Below, piece after piece: positions 54,521 to 64,000 of a stretch of DNA of 64,000 nucleotides. The notes beneath the pieces were generated by a model, which worked only from the letters and a program-made list of their open reading frames with translations, made no database searches and was not told where the DNA came from. Each line of letters opens with the position of its first letter. The first letter of the stretch is position 1. The stretch is from Opitutaceae bacterium (GTDB lineage Bacteria > Verrucomicrobiota > Verrucomicrobiia > Opitutales > Coraliomargaritaceae), in contig JBPOFY010000003.1 in NCBI GenBank assembly GCA_051252375.1, positions 224,001 through 288,000 of the forward strand. The letters run 5' to 3'. Both the position numbers and the translations under genes were made by a program.

Positions 54521-57298
54521 CTATGGCGCGTAGATGACCACGGTGCTACGCGGTTTGACTGGTATCTTACCGAAGGCTTTGAAGCTCTGGCCACTGACGA
54601 GTTCATTCACTTGTTTGCCACTGATTGCATTCGGGATCTGTAGATCAAAAGTGCGGTCGGTGGTGCAATTCATCCCGATCAAGTAGGGACCGTATTGCAA
54701 GGTGTAGAAGTCGCCTTTGCCGGCGAAAGTATTTTCGTCGCCAACTTTATACTCAATGCCACTCGGTGTGCGGGCGACCGGTAACTTTTCACCTTCATGA
54801 GCGGAGTCCCACTTTTCCGGATACCTTTGGCGGCCGCCACCAGCAAAACCGAAGTTCGTCCAGTTCCCGCGTTCATAGGTCATACCGCTATCGCTGAATT
54901 CTGTTTCCTGATGAACGGTAGCAATACGCGCATATTCCGGAGTCATGTGGTGAATGCGCGCGATATTATTGATCGCATATCGTGCGCGCCAGTAGAGCGA
55001 GATGTATATAATCTCGCCATTGTGTTTGAGTGCAATGACACCATCTTCTTCATCGCTGAATACGAAGTCGGGTTGGTCGGGTGACATCGGCAACTTATGT
55101 GGGCTTTGGGGAAGGTTACGGATGGTTTCGTATTCTTCAGGGAGGTGTAGCAGGCCGATGTCTTCTTTCATTCCTCTTTGTGCCAACTGGTGTTCTACGG
55201 ACGCAAAGAATTGTCCATCGTCGATGAGCTGTTGCGCAAAGCCCACGTCATAGGGGTCCTTTGTGGCAGCAGCAGTCTGAAGTGCTGAGCCGTTGGAGGC
55301 AGGTTTTTGCCCATAGACAACGTCGCCTGGATATTTGAAGTCACGCCAGCCAACGACGGATTCCATACGCATCGCAGGGTAGCCATCATCGTCGAGGGTG
55401 GGGTAGCGGAAAAAGCTGCGTGCTCGATTAATCATTGCCAGTTGTTTGAGTAATTTAGGGTCGCCGAGTTCGCCTGGATAGGAACGTGATGCTTGATAGA
55501 TCAGAGCTGCCCAGTCTTGGACCTCACCGTAGTGCCCCACATACCCGAGTTCCTTGGTCAGACCATTGTAAGTGAGCTGATAGTAATTATCGCCTGCTGG
55601 TTTCTCTGCTCTGCCATCTTTGTCGATTGGTCCGAGCCAAGGTGTGATGCCAACTGCTTCATGTAGAATTCCCACGGCGAAAGATTCATCGAGTGCTTTG
55701 GAGGAATCGACAAACCGCAGGCCCTTGTTTGCGAGGTAAACACCATACAGATCCTTAATCATAGTTTGGTTGGTGTATTTGCGACGATTGCCCATGTTCC
55801 AGTCGCGGCTGTAGACGAGCATTTCACTCCAAGCTTCTCGGCGAGTCATGCCGTTGTGGATTTCTTCGTTCCAGTCTCTATTGTCGATGTCTTTGTGGAG
55901 TAACCAAATGGATTCGCCTAAGTGCCCGAGGCCAGTCCATTGGTGGGTTTCTTTGTCGGTGACCGCATCGGGATCTTTGAGATACATTTGGTAATATCGG
56001 TCGCCGCATAGCAGTAAGGATTTAATCGCTGCTTTGTTTTTGTAAGCGTCTGACCATTTGATGTGAAAGCACCTTGCGAGGATACGCATCTCTTCTTGGT
56101 GGACATCCTTCTTTGATAGGATCGATTTTATCCGGTCATTGATGCGTTCCTTGACGCGATCTAGAACTTCTTCGCCTGGGGAACTTCGTTTTTTGACTTC
56201 TGGTGCTTTGCCTTGTTGCTCGCTGGCTAAGGGGACAAAGTAGCTATCTGTGTGAGTGTATGCCGCATAGATGCCACGCGAAGGTTTTTCAGTCGCATGC
56301 TGATATTGGTCAAAATCTCTACCATATGCCCAGATGCCGCCTTGTGCGCGTATCTCCAGTTCTAGCTCGTTCTTACCTTGAGTAAGTTTTTCGGGAATGA
56401 TGATTGTCGTGTAATAGAAACGATCCGGATAGATCTTCGCCACTGCGCCGATGTCCAATACGTCGTAATCACCTAAGTGGTAATAGCCCAGTTGCTTCTC
56501 GTCGATGAAGACCACTAGTCGATCATGGACGATGTCGTTGCCCCAAAATTTTACGGTTAAGTAATTCGGTTTGTCGGCGTCGACCTTCATCTTGAAATAC
56601 AAACTGCCGCCTTTCCAGTATTGCGTGGGTGCTATCTCGCGGGCGGGTTGATCGAGCCCGCCTGTGATGACTTTACTGCCTTTGTCTTTGAAATTATGCT
56701 CACGCTCAGATGATGCATTTCCGAAAGCGATGACATCCAGCATGGCGGTCGGCTCCGGGGCAATGCTTTGCTGCGCTTGCTGAATCGGTGCGGCAGGGGC
56801 AGGGCGGATGCTGGCGAGTAATGCATTGTCGATTTCTTTATTAGCACGAGCGATCAAGTCGGTCGATCCGACGGGCACTAGATGGGGGCTTTCGAGGAAT
56901 TGAATCGTCACTGTGCCTTCGGTGAGCATCTCAATGGGGACCATCTTCCCGACAGGAATGAGCGCTTCGCCGACAGCTTGTCCGTTCATATAAACGGGCA
57001 CGGCCTGTTCCTTGGTAATCGCCACGGAACGGATACTGTTACGCCAATTTTGTAGCGCCCATTTAATTGGGTCCGGACGGGTGGCTGACTCAGGTTCGGG
57101 TCCTGGCTCCGGTTCTACTGGCGCAGGCTTCTCCGGTTTAACTGGTGCGGGCTCTACTGGTTCAGGTGCAGGCTCGGGCGCTACGACTTCCTCAATCGTA
57201 GGTGGAGCTTGATCTTGCTTTGACGTGTAAACCCACGCCGCACCAATAATGGCAGCGCAGACAGCCAATAGTGTGACTATTTTGACTAGGGAATTCAT
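54521..57298 (-). CDS. Membrane-anchored protein: Pro/Glu linker, small beta-domain, large uncharacterised (probably carbohydrate-active) domain
   Basis: N-terminal TM segment; PEPAPEP linker; DPIKWALQNW...TDL domain shared with 61163..63178; C-region with conserved-looking RFYYTT, GLTKELGYVGHYGE, SLYWRAR. The ORF track starts it at 57325. Confidence 0.65.
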   Translation of the reverse strand: MNSLVKIVTLLAVCAAIIGAAWVYTSKQDQAPPTIEEVVAPEPAPEPVEPAPVKPEKPAPVEPEPGPEPESATRPDPIKWALQNWRNSIRSVAITKEQAVPVYMNGQAVGEALIPVGKMVPIEMLTEGTVTIQFLESPHLVPVGSTDLIARANKEIDNALLASIRPAPAAPIQQAQQSIAPEPTAMLDVIAFGNASSEREHNFKDKGSKVITGGLDQPAREIAPTQYWKGGSLYFKMKVDADKPNYLTVKFWGNDIVHDRLVVFIDEKQLGYYHLGDYDVLDIGAVAKIYPDRFYYTTIIIPEKLTQGKNELELEIRAQGGIWAYGRDFDQYQHATEKPSRGIYAAYTHTDSYFVPLASEQQGKAPEVKKRSSPGEEVLDRVKERINDRIKSILSKKDVHQEEMRILARCFHIKWSDAYKNKAAIKSLLLCGDRYYQMYLKDPDAVTDKETHQWTGLGHLGESIWLLHKDIDNRDWNEEIHNGMTRREAWSEMLVYSRDWNMGNRRKYTNQTMIKDLYGVYLANKGLRFVDSSKALDESFAVGILHEAVGITPWLGPIDKDGRAEKPAGDNYYQLTYNGLTKELGYVGHYGEVQDWAALIYQASRSYPGELGDPKLLKQLAMINRARSFFRYPTLDDDGYPAMRMESVVGWRDFKYPGDVVYGQKPASNGSALQTAAATKDPYDVGFAQQLIDDGQFFASVEHQLAQRGMKEDIGLLHLPEEYETIRNLPQSPHKLPMSPDQPDFVFSDEEDGVIALKHNGEIIYISLYWRARYAINNIARIHHMTPEYARIATVHQETEFSDSGMTYERGNWTNFGFAGGGRQRYPEKWDSAHEGEKLPVARTPSGIEYKVGDENTFAGKGDFYTLQYGPYLIGMNCTTDRTFDLQIPNAISGKQVNELVSGQSFKAFGKIPVKPRSTVVIYAP

Positions 57299-57359
57299 GG
57301 GTTGTTTCTCATCTAAACACAGCAATAGTGACTTGCTACATATTCGTATGAAGCGGGTG

Positions 57360-57527
57360 GAATGGCGCTACCTCAAGAAGAAATTCGGTGGAATCTGGAG
57401 GGTTGTGCTCCGTCGCAACCGCCAATGGTTTGATACATTTAGGCGTTTCTGCGGCAATGACGGAGCATTGCCCTCCTAATGAAATTACACATATCATACT
57501 GGAATTACGTTTAAGGTAGTGCCATTC
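57360..57527. mobile_element. MITE-like inverted-repeat shell carrying a GGAG-type REPIN (57397-57476)
   Basis: GAATGGCGCTACCTCAA ... TTAAGGTAGTGCCATTC ends. Confidence 0.6.
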
Positions 57528-57541
57528 GAGACGACTGATCG

Positions 57542-60484
57542 CTACTTCGGAGAGACGCTCAATTGGAAGAAGCGTTGATCACCTGTTCCTTTTGGTGCGG
57601 TCGCTTTAACTTCTTGGACGGAGCCATTGTTGCTGAGGATTTGTTCGGTCACATTCGTGTCGAACCAACCACCTGCATTGGTTAGATCGTCATTCCATTC
57701 TACTTGGAAGTTGTAATCTACCATCGCGTCGACGTTACGATCATACATCAAATCAATCGTGCTGGTGTTGTCCGTAAAGGTAACAGGAGCGATGTTCGAA
57801 ATGCTCGGATCCGTCGCCAATGCGAACTCCATTAGATTCAAGTTTCCGTCGTTATCGAAGTCCGCATCGTCGGCGTAGTTGCCGGTGCCTTCAGAGGTTC
57901 CGAAATGCTCGAGCCTCCATGACTGCAACTCCGTGTAGGGACCACCCGTTGGGTAGCCGAAGATATCAAACTCGCGAGCAATCACCCAGCTTCCAGCATT
58001 GGCGTTGTTGGTGATGTTAAAGGTCACTGCTTTGACACCCGAAGCGATGGCACCGGTTCCTGAGGATGTGCTGCCATTGTGATTGATTAGATCGCTTTGA
58101 AGCACGCCGCCTTCATCGTCGGCAAAGCTTACTTTGGTCCAGAATTGGGCAGGAGAATTTGGCTCCCAGTGTGTTGGACCGGCCAAGGTGGCGGTGCTAT
58201 CATTCATATAGGTTAGAATGATTTCATAGCCTTGGTTGGAACGACCGTTGGATGCGTTATTCCAGCCAAAAATCGTCTCAATGCCAGTCAGGTCATAGCC
58301 GCTGATATAGACCGATGTGTCGAGGTTTACGGTGATCGTGTTGCCGCTGTCTAGTTGAACCTCACCGCTGTCGTCACGGTCTCCATCAGTGTTGCCAATG
58401 GTGCCGTTAAATAACTGAGCGTGCTCTGAACTTTGATTCCCTCCCGTTGCTGAGCTGCTGAGATATTCGGTTTGTGCGAGGTCGTCGGTGCTGAAAGTTG
58501 GCGGCGTTGCTAAAATGTCGTAAGTTGCGGTGGTGACTTCAAGAGTCGGCGCATCGATTGTCGTGCCGGAAACAATCAAGGAATAGGCCTGTTCGTCATC
58601 AGTCAATGAGCCGACGTAATCGACGGTGACAGTATAGGTGCCGGCTGTAGGAGCAGCGAGGTAGACTTGCTCGACATTGTCGACGTCGTTGACGCCAGTG
58701 GTGGCATCGTCGTCGATTGAGCCAATGGACCAATCGCCGACATGTGGCATGACGTAGGGGTAGTGTGTGCCACCCGGGCCGGTGACGGTGATGTTGAGGT
58801 CGTTGACAAGAGTTTTTGAACGATTTTCATGCCCCGTTTTTTCAGTGCCGGCAGGGTCTGTCCAGCAGATGGTCACTCTGAGAGGAGTGCTCCCGCCTGA
58901 TTCGAATAGATGGCTTTGTGACGTGGTTGTGGTGTCGTTGACTAGATCTTCGAGCATATGAGCGCCACCATTGCCGTCTGCGTGGAGCTTAATCACATCC
59001 GCTGCTGCCTGTGTATTCATCAGCCCCCAACCGTATTTATAATCAGGGCCATCGTTTCCACGGTCGTCAGCAGTGTGAATAATTAATGCCTTTAAAGTGC
59101 TAGCACGCATGGAATCAGTGGGGAAGCGCGACGTGAAGTAATCGAGAAGTAGGGCAGCCGAGCCACAAGCATTGGGCGTTGCCATACTGGTGCCTGATTT
59201 GGTTCCGGTATCTGTATCGCTGCCACTATCGGTAGAGAGTAGAGAAACTCCATTCGCGACTATATCCGGCTTGATTCGCCCATCATCCGTAGGCCCCCGA
59301 GAACTGGAACTGCTGGTTACAGCATTGCTTGCGTCGCGCACGCCTCCGCTCACCGCGTCGCTGGCATTACCCACGGTGATTGCATTCTTGGCGAGCTTCC
59401 GGCCTTCCATGTTGTCCCAATCGCCTTTGTAGTGTCTGTCACCAAGCGGGTGTTTGGTGTTATCATAAGTGTAGTCGACGCCGTATATCCTGACGGTCTG
59501 GCCGTTTGATGGATTGTCACCACGTTGGTTGCCGGAGGATATAAAGGGTAAGTAATAGGGTAAGCTGTAGGTGATGTTATCCCAAGTCACGGAGCTCGAA
59601 GCATAACGCCCGAAATCTTCATCGTAATCAGTACTGGGATCGTCGTCATCCACGAATGTTCCTTGAAAAACCCAGCTGTAACTACCTGAGCTGCTGGATT
59701 CCCAGCCTTGGCCGACTCCGTAGGAGTGATTGGATATATATAGCTTTGTCGTATTTGGTGAATCTGCCCCGTTGGCTAACATTTCAGCATCTGCTTGGCT
59801 GGTCTTGAATGCGGAAATCTCCGCCCCCGGAGCCATACCCTCAACGCTCGAATTAATCCCAGTTGCGATCAGTGTGCCTGCCACGTGAGTCGCATGGCTT
59901 CCTGCACCCGTTGATCCATCAAGGACGGTGACTCGTCCGACCAGTTCTTGGTGCGTGAGGCGCGGGATACCTGTGGCCTCCCAAAGGCCAATTGTGACAC
60001 CCGAACCATCGACATTGTTGTATATGGGGCTGGAGCGCACTTGATCTGCAGCAGTCGAAATGGCGGCATTAACGTTTTCGTCTATCTCATAGACCGGTTG
60101 ATCATTTTCATCGAAATCAATCAAGCGAAAGCCGCGACCATCGGGGCGTGTGCCTTGGGGCTCTAGACCTTTCATGGCAGCGCGTTCGCGGACGATCTCC
60201 ATGTGCGCATCTTCTGCTTCTTTGAGTCGACGCACAATTTCTGCCCGAGTGGTTTCATCCTTCAGGTTGTGGCGTCCTTGTGGGAACGCTTCTTCTTTTT
60301 GCTTACGCGCCTGTGCCAGCTTTTCCTTATTTTGATCCGCCTTTGCTTTTAGTTGAGCAGGGTTATCAGGTTGGTTGTCCGCACTTGTTTGTGCAAATGA
60401 GACGCCAGTCGGTGCCAGTATGGATAGGGTGAGCAAGCCTGTTAGGAGACGAGCTTGCCAGAGTGCTTTGTCGGGAGTTTTCAA
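57542..60484 (-). CDS. Secreted S8 subtilisin-like peptidase with a C-terminal module
   Basis: HATHVAGTL; SNHSYG; GPTDDGRIKPD; GTSMATP; GPDYKYGWG; P-domain-like WTDP..NDL...DNVEQV; terminal D.DNDG..NLMEFAL...QRFFQLSV. Confidence 0.9.
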   Translation of the reverse strand: MKTPDKALWQARLLTGLLTLSILAPTGVSFAQTSADNQPDNPAQLKAKADQNKEKLAQARKQKEEAFPQGRHNLKDETTRAEIVRRLKEAEDAHMEIVRERAAMKGLEPQGTRPDGRGFRLIDFDENDQPVYEIDENVNAAISTAADQVRSSPIYNNVDGSGVTIGLWEATGIPRLTHQELVGRVTVLDGSTGAGSHATHVAGTLIATGINSSVEGMAPGAEISAFKTSQADAEMLANGADSPNTTKLYISNHSYGVGQGWESSSSGSYSWVFQGTFVDDDDPSTDYDEDFGRYASSSVTWDNITYSLPYYLPFISSGNQRGDNPSNGQTVRIYGVDYTYDNTKHPLGDRHYKGDWDNMEGRKLAKNAITVGNASDAVSGGVRDASNAVTSSSSSRGPTDDGRIKPDIVANGVSLLSTDSGSDTDTGTKSGTSMATPNACGSAALLLDYFTSRFPTDSMRASTLKALIIHTADDRGNDGPDYKYGWGLMNTQAAADVIKLHADGNGGAHMLEDLVNDTTTTSQSHLFESGGSTPLRVTICWTDPAGTEKTGHENRSKTLVNDLNITVTGPGGTHYPYVMPHVGDWSIGSIDDDATTGVNDVDNVEQVYLAAPTAGTYTVTVDYVGSLTDDEQAYSLIVSGTTIDAPTLEVTTATYDILATPPTFSTDDLAQTEYLSSSATGGNQSSEHAQLFNGTIGNTDGDRDDSGEVQLDSGNTITVNLDTSVYISGYDLTGIETIFGWNNASNGRSNQGYEIILTYMNDSTATLAGPTHWEPNSPAQFWTKVSFADDEGGVLQSDLINHNGSTSSGTGAIASGVKAVTFNITNNANAGSWVIAREFDIFGYPTGGPYTELQSWRLEHFGTSEGTGNYADDADFDNDGNLNLMEFALATDPSISNIAPVTFTDNTSTIDLMYDRNVDAMVDYNFQVEWNDDLTNAGGWFDTNVTEQILSNNGSVQEVKATAPKGTGDQRFFQLSVSPK

Positions 60485-60514
60485 GGGATGGATGGGTTAG
60501 GGGAGAGTGTGAAG

Positions 60515-61150
60515 CTACGAGGCTCGGACAAGATCTGCAACTGCTTTGCCGAGTTTGGCATGTTCGGTCGCATCTAAGTGTATGCCATCGGTTGGACTGC
60601 TTTGTATGACATCGCCTGCGTTTAGCATGGGGATTTTTTGCTCGTCGCAAATGGCTTGGTAATGTGCGGCTAGCTGATGTGATTTCTCTTCGCCACCGAT
60701 GAAGATGTGTCTGAAATCGAGCTGGCTCATGTCGGCAAAAGGTGGTGGGCAGATGACGAGGATGTTCGGCACGCCGTTAACAAAGCTGTCGGCTTGAGCG
60801 CGTGCTGCTTGAATGAGTCGACGTATGCCCCAACTGACATCCATGGCAGACGCACTAAATCTATTTTTCAGATCATTCGTGCCGAGCATGATGATGAGTT
60901 GGTCGAGCGGTTTGTGTGTCTGCAATATGGGCACGAGGTGTTCGAGCCCGTTGCGTGGTCCCTCAAGTGGATCGTCGAAAACGGTGGTGCGGCCACAGAG
61001 TCCTTCTTCAATCACATGATAGCCTTCGCCTAGCTCGTGTTGCAGGATGCAGGGCCAACGTGTTGCACGGTCGAAACGTGGTCCGCCGGCAGGGTCGGCT
61101 CCCCAGGTGTTGGAGTCGCCGTAACAAAGGATATTTTTTTCAGTATTCAT
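60515..61150 (-). CDS. SGNH/GDSL hydrolase (arylesterase-like)
   Basis: ILCYGDSNTWG; EEGLCGRTT; MLGTND; DGIHL. Confidence 0.93.
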   Translation of the reverse strand: MNTEKNILCYGDSNTWGADPAGGPRFDRATRWPCILQHELGEGYHVIEEGLCGRTTVFDDPLEGPRNGLEHLVPILQTHKPLDQLIIMLGTNDLKNRFSASAMDVSWGIRRLIQAARAQADSFVNGVPNILVICPPPFADMSQLDFRHIFIGGEEKSHQLAAHYQAICDEQKIPMLNAGDVIQSSPTDGIHLDATEHAKLGKAVADLVRAS

Positions 61151-61162
61151 TCGGAATTTTTT

Positions 61163-63178
61163 CTAGTGGCGCGGGGTCCAAACTTTTTTCTCAGGAGCTC
61201 GTATCTTACTCACACGGTTGTCTTTGCCTTTATCGATGACTGGTCCTACGGATTCGATGCGGCAATCTCGGACATTGGATTCGAGGATGAGTGTGGCTGT
61301 GGTGTAGTTGGTAATGGTGGATCCGTTCATGCCTTTGCGCCCGCCACAGATCAGCTTGTTGATCTCATCCGGGAGTGGGGTGGTGGTGCCGTCGTGGAGG
61401 ATGAAGGTGCTGTCGTCACCGCAAATGATACCGAGGCTGGAACGTTCTGTAGGAATGGTGCCGGGGCGTGGGCTGAGGATGGTGACTTCGTAAAAGGCAT
61501 CGGTTGGTGTGTCGCCTCGCGTGAGGTTGAAGACTGGGTTGTAGGCGACGTCTGCGAAGCAATTCTTCATGACAGTCTTGCCCATTTTCCCTGAACTTAG
61601 ATCGTAAGAGAAGTCACCAGACTCGATGACGGCTACGTTTTCTAGTGTGATGTCGCCTTCAAGTAGTAGCTGGAAGCATCCACGCTGACGTTCAACAGTG
61701 GTGTCGATGACTGTGACATTCTTCACCTCATTGTAAGAGCGGACCGCATCTTCAGTCATCGGAATCATCCAGTCGCGGGGGATCGGTTGCTGGCTGCGAA
61801 ACATCATCTCAAAGTCATAATCGACAGCGCGTCCGACAGTCTCTTTGAAGATGTCGTTGGTAGGGCGTAGCGCTCCGCTGATGAGGCAGTCTTTGATGAG
61901 CACGCCGTCAACTTTGTGAAAGTGTAGGGCGTGTCCGAATGAGTTCATGTAGACCTTGCAGCCGATGAGAGTGGTGTTGTTGGCATTCTCGAACGACATG
62001 AACGAGTGTTTATTGAGTCTGCCATGTGCGCCGTTTCCTTTGCCGTAGAAGTCGGTATATCCAAAGGGGATCGAGCCTTTAATCACAAAGGTGCAATCCA
62101 GGAAGGTGTTGCCGTCGTTGCAGATTTCGAATTCGTTTTCAGTGACGAAGTAGTCGGGGTAAGGCTTATCTAGGACATTGCGAAAGTAGCCGCCTTCGAA
62201 GGTATTGTTGGCACCGTTGATATGCCAGGAGTCGGCGACGTGGCCGCCGCGATTGAGTGTGTTTTGCACAGAGACCGGCGTTTCGAAAACAACACCTCGA
62301 AGATCGAAGTAATTATTGGAGCCCGTGACTGCAAAGATATGGTCCTGCTCATTTACACTGGGGTTTCCATCGGTGTGTAGACGTTGATACTTTATCGGTT
62401 CGTCGGTTTTCTTGGCTCGATAGATGCCGGGCTTCATGCGGATCTTTTGATTGCTCTTCTTCGTGACTGCACGAAATTCATCTAAGGATTCAATTAAGGT
62501 GAATCCTGAGCGCACTTCGAATTGTGAGCTCGGCTCTGGTGGTTCCGGTGGAATACGTGTGTAGAGTTCCATCGGTGGGTTGTCGGCAAATTTTATACCG
62601 GGGTCGTCGATAAATTGGCGGAGCTTGTCGACAGGTAAAAGTGCATGCGGTGTTGATGCAGGATTTTTGCTTGGTGGTTTTGTTTGAGTGACCGTGTTGG
62701 CTTTTAGTTTTGTCTGTTCGAATACTATCTTGGCTTGTTCGAGTGCTTGTGTGGCGCGTGTTTTTAAATCGGTCGCGTCGATCGGTATGACATGCCGACT
62801 GTTCAGATATAAAATGGTAACGGTATCTTTGGATACAATTTGAAGTGGAACTTCTTGGCCTACGGGAAGGAGCGCGTCGCCCACGTGTTGTTTGTCCAGA
62901 TAGACCGGCAAGGTTTGTTCAGCGGTGACGGTTATATTACTGATGCGCCCGCGCCAGTTGGTGAGGACCCATTCTATAGGATCGATGACAACCTCAGGTT
63001 CGGGTTCCGGCACTGGCTCAGGCTCCGGTTGGGGCTCGGGCACTGGTTCGGGGATACCCGGTTCCGGTATGATGGGCTCTTCGATGTCCTCTGGTGCTGG
63101 GCTCGGGGGATCGCTTTTCTTGCAGCTTGTGAATAGAGCAAGTGCACAGATCAGTGGGACTAGAGTGTATCGTTTCAA
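61163..63178 (-). CDS. Lipoprotein: Pro/Glu linker, small beta-domain, right-handed beta-helix
   Basis: LFTSC lipobox; PEPVPEP linker; DPIEWVLTNW...TDL domain; beta-helix-like repeats (GSNNYF, GANNTF, NTTLIGC, VLIKDC). Confidence 0.7.
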   Translation of the reverse strand: MKRYTLVPLICALALFTSCKKSDPPSPAPEDIEEPIIPEPGIPEPVPEPQPEPEPVPEPEPEVVIDPIEWVLTNWRGRISNITVTAEQTLPVYLDKQHVGDALLPVGQEVPLQIVSKDTVTILYLNSRHVIPIDATDLKTRATQALEQAKIVFEQTKLKANTVTQTKPPSKNPASTPHALLPVDKLRQFIDDPGIKFADNPPMELYTRIPPEPPEPSSQFEVRSGFTLIESLDEFRAVTKKSNQKIRMKPGIYRAKKTDEPIKYQRLHTDGNPSVNEQDHIFAVTGSNNYFDLRGVVFETPVSVQNTLNRGGHVADSWHINGANNTFEGGYFRNVLDKPYPDYFVTENEFEICNDGNTFLDCTFVIKGSIPFGYTDFYGKGNGAHGRLNKHSFMSFENANNTTLIGCKVYMNSFGHALHFHKVDGVLIKDCLISGALRPTNDIFKETVGRAVDYDFEMMFRSQQPIPRDWMIPMTEDAVRSYNEVKNVTVIDTTVERQRGCFQLLLEGDITLENVAVIESGDFSYDLSSGKMGKTVMKNCFADVAYNPVFNLTRGDTPTDAFYEVTILSPRPGTIPTERSSLGIICGDDSTFILHDGTTTPLPDEINKLICGGRKGMNGSTITNYTTATLILESNVRDCRIESVGPVIDKGKDNRVSKIRAPEKKVWTPRH

Positions 63179-63261
63179 GAGATGTTTGGGGTGGGATTTT
63201 TGGACCGCTCTATGGGGCAGATTGCTTATGTGGTATCTTCGGATTGGACGCCATTTCCAAA

Positions 63262-64000
63262 TTAACCGAGTTTCACTGAAATCGACTGCGGAATATTGGC
63301 GAGTAGCTCGACTGTTCTAGATGGTTCAGTTCCATCGGTGACTTTTAATTCAACATTTTGGTCTTTGTTGAGTGAAAGTAGTTCGATTTGTATCGTTCCC
63401 TCATGCAGGTCCCATTGAATGGAAACGCGTATTCCACCGCGGGTGAGTAGCCCTGTGACAGAACCTTGGGACCATTCCTTCGGCAATGCCGGCAGTATCG
63501 AGATGAAGCCTGGGCGTGAGAAGATTAGCATCTCCTGCACGGCAGCGGTCCAGCCGAAGTTGGCATCGATTTGATAGGGTGCTTGTGTGAATTCACAGCC
63601 GATCCCGCTTTCACGCCAGTCGTTGTGCGTGGTGTAGAAATTGTTCATCACGCAAGCGCGTGCAATCAGGCTGAGGCAGCGAAGCGCGCGATCACCTTCA
63701 TTCATGCGCGCATACACGTTGGCCATGTGTGCTAGTGACCAACCGGTCTGTGCGCTGATGCCAATGTCGAGGCGTTTACGGATCGCGATTTCGAAGCCCT
63801 TGAAGAGTTCAGGGTCGGCGTCGCGAGTGACTTCGAACCCCGGGAAAACCGGGTAAATGTGTGACTGATGTCGATGGTTGTAGTTGTCTGTATAAAACGG
63901 GTGCATCCACTCTTTAATCGCGCCGTCTTCGTTGGTTTTGTAGGGCGGTATTTTGGTTAGCATGTCTTGCCACTTATCGAGCTCGTCAGGTTTTTCGCCG
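63262..64000 (-). CDS. Glycoside hydrolase family 95 (alpha-L-fucosidase-like), 3' part; 5' end lies outside the window
   Basis: IKEW; HRHQSHIYPVFPG; TGWS; YQIDANFGWTAAVQEML; LPALP.EW..G; frame is open to the window edge. Confidence 0.9.
   Translation of the reverse strand, partial: GEKPDELDKWQDMLTKIPPYKTNEDGAIKEWMHPFYTDNYNHRHQSHIYPVFPGFEVTRDADPELFKGFEIAIRKRLDIGISAQTGWSLAHMANVYARMNEGDRALRCLSLIARACVMNNFYTTHNDWRESGIGCEFTQAPYQIDANFGWTAAVQEMLIFSRPGFISILPALPKEWSQGSVTGLLTRGGIRVSIQWDLHEGTIQIELLSLNKDQNVELKVTDGTEPSRTVELLANIPQSISVKLG

Noticed and set aside
57012..57212. Gly/Ser-rich + strand ORFs (also 62925..63320)
   Set aside because: Antisense shadows of the Pro/Glu linkers of the minus-strand genes.
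1..64000. CRISPR array, tRNA/rRNA, transposase or integrase genes
   Set aside because: No regularly spaced repeat-spacer array, no recognisable RNA gene, and no ORF with DDE, HUH or tyrosine-recombinase motifs was seen.

Overview
A 64-kb, mostly carbohydrate-utilisation region. PEP-CTERM proteins, many sulfatases, lamin-tail/CotH giants and C-rich SD-less leaders suggest a marine Verrucomicrobiota (Coraliomargarita/Lentimonas-like); this taxonomy is inference. Content: (i) a compact signalling island at 1056-10943: orphan TolC-family protein, four tandem PhnD-like periplasmic binding proteins with no ABC permease/ATPase, a HAMP-GAF hybrid histidine kinase, and a convergent REC-HisKA protein with degenerate ATP-binding motifs; (ii) a sulfated-polysaccharide enzyme cluster: PL8, a PL40/heparinase-II-like lyase, four S1 sulfatases, GH3, GH30-like, GH43-like, GH95, SASA and SGNH esterases, two Tat-exported Gfo/Idh/MocA oxidoreductases and beta-helix proteins; (iii) four large secreted proteins plus a gene remnant that all end in a related ~70-135 aa C-terminal module, a candidate sorting signal; (iv) two recurring palindromic operator-like motifs; (v) several classes of nested intergenic REP/REPIN/MITE-like elements. 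No rRNA, tRNA, CRISPR array or transposase was seen. All family calls come from motif recognition by eye, not from database searches.
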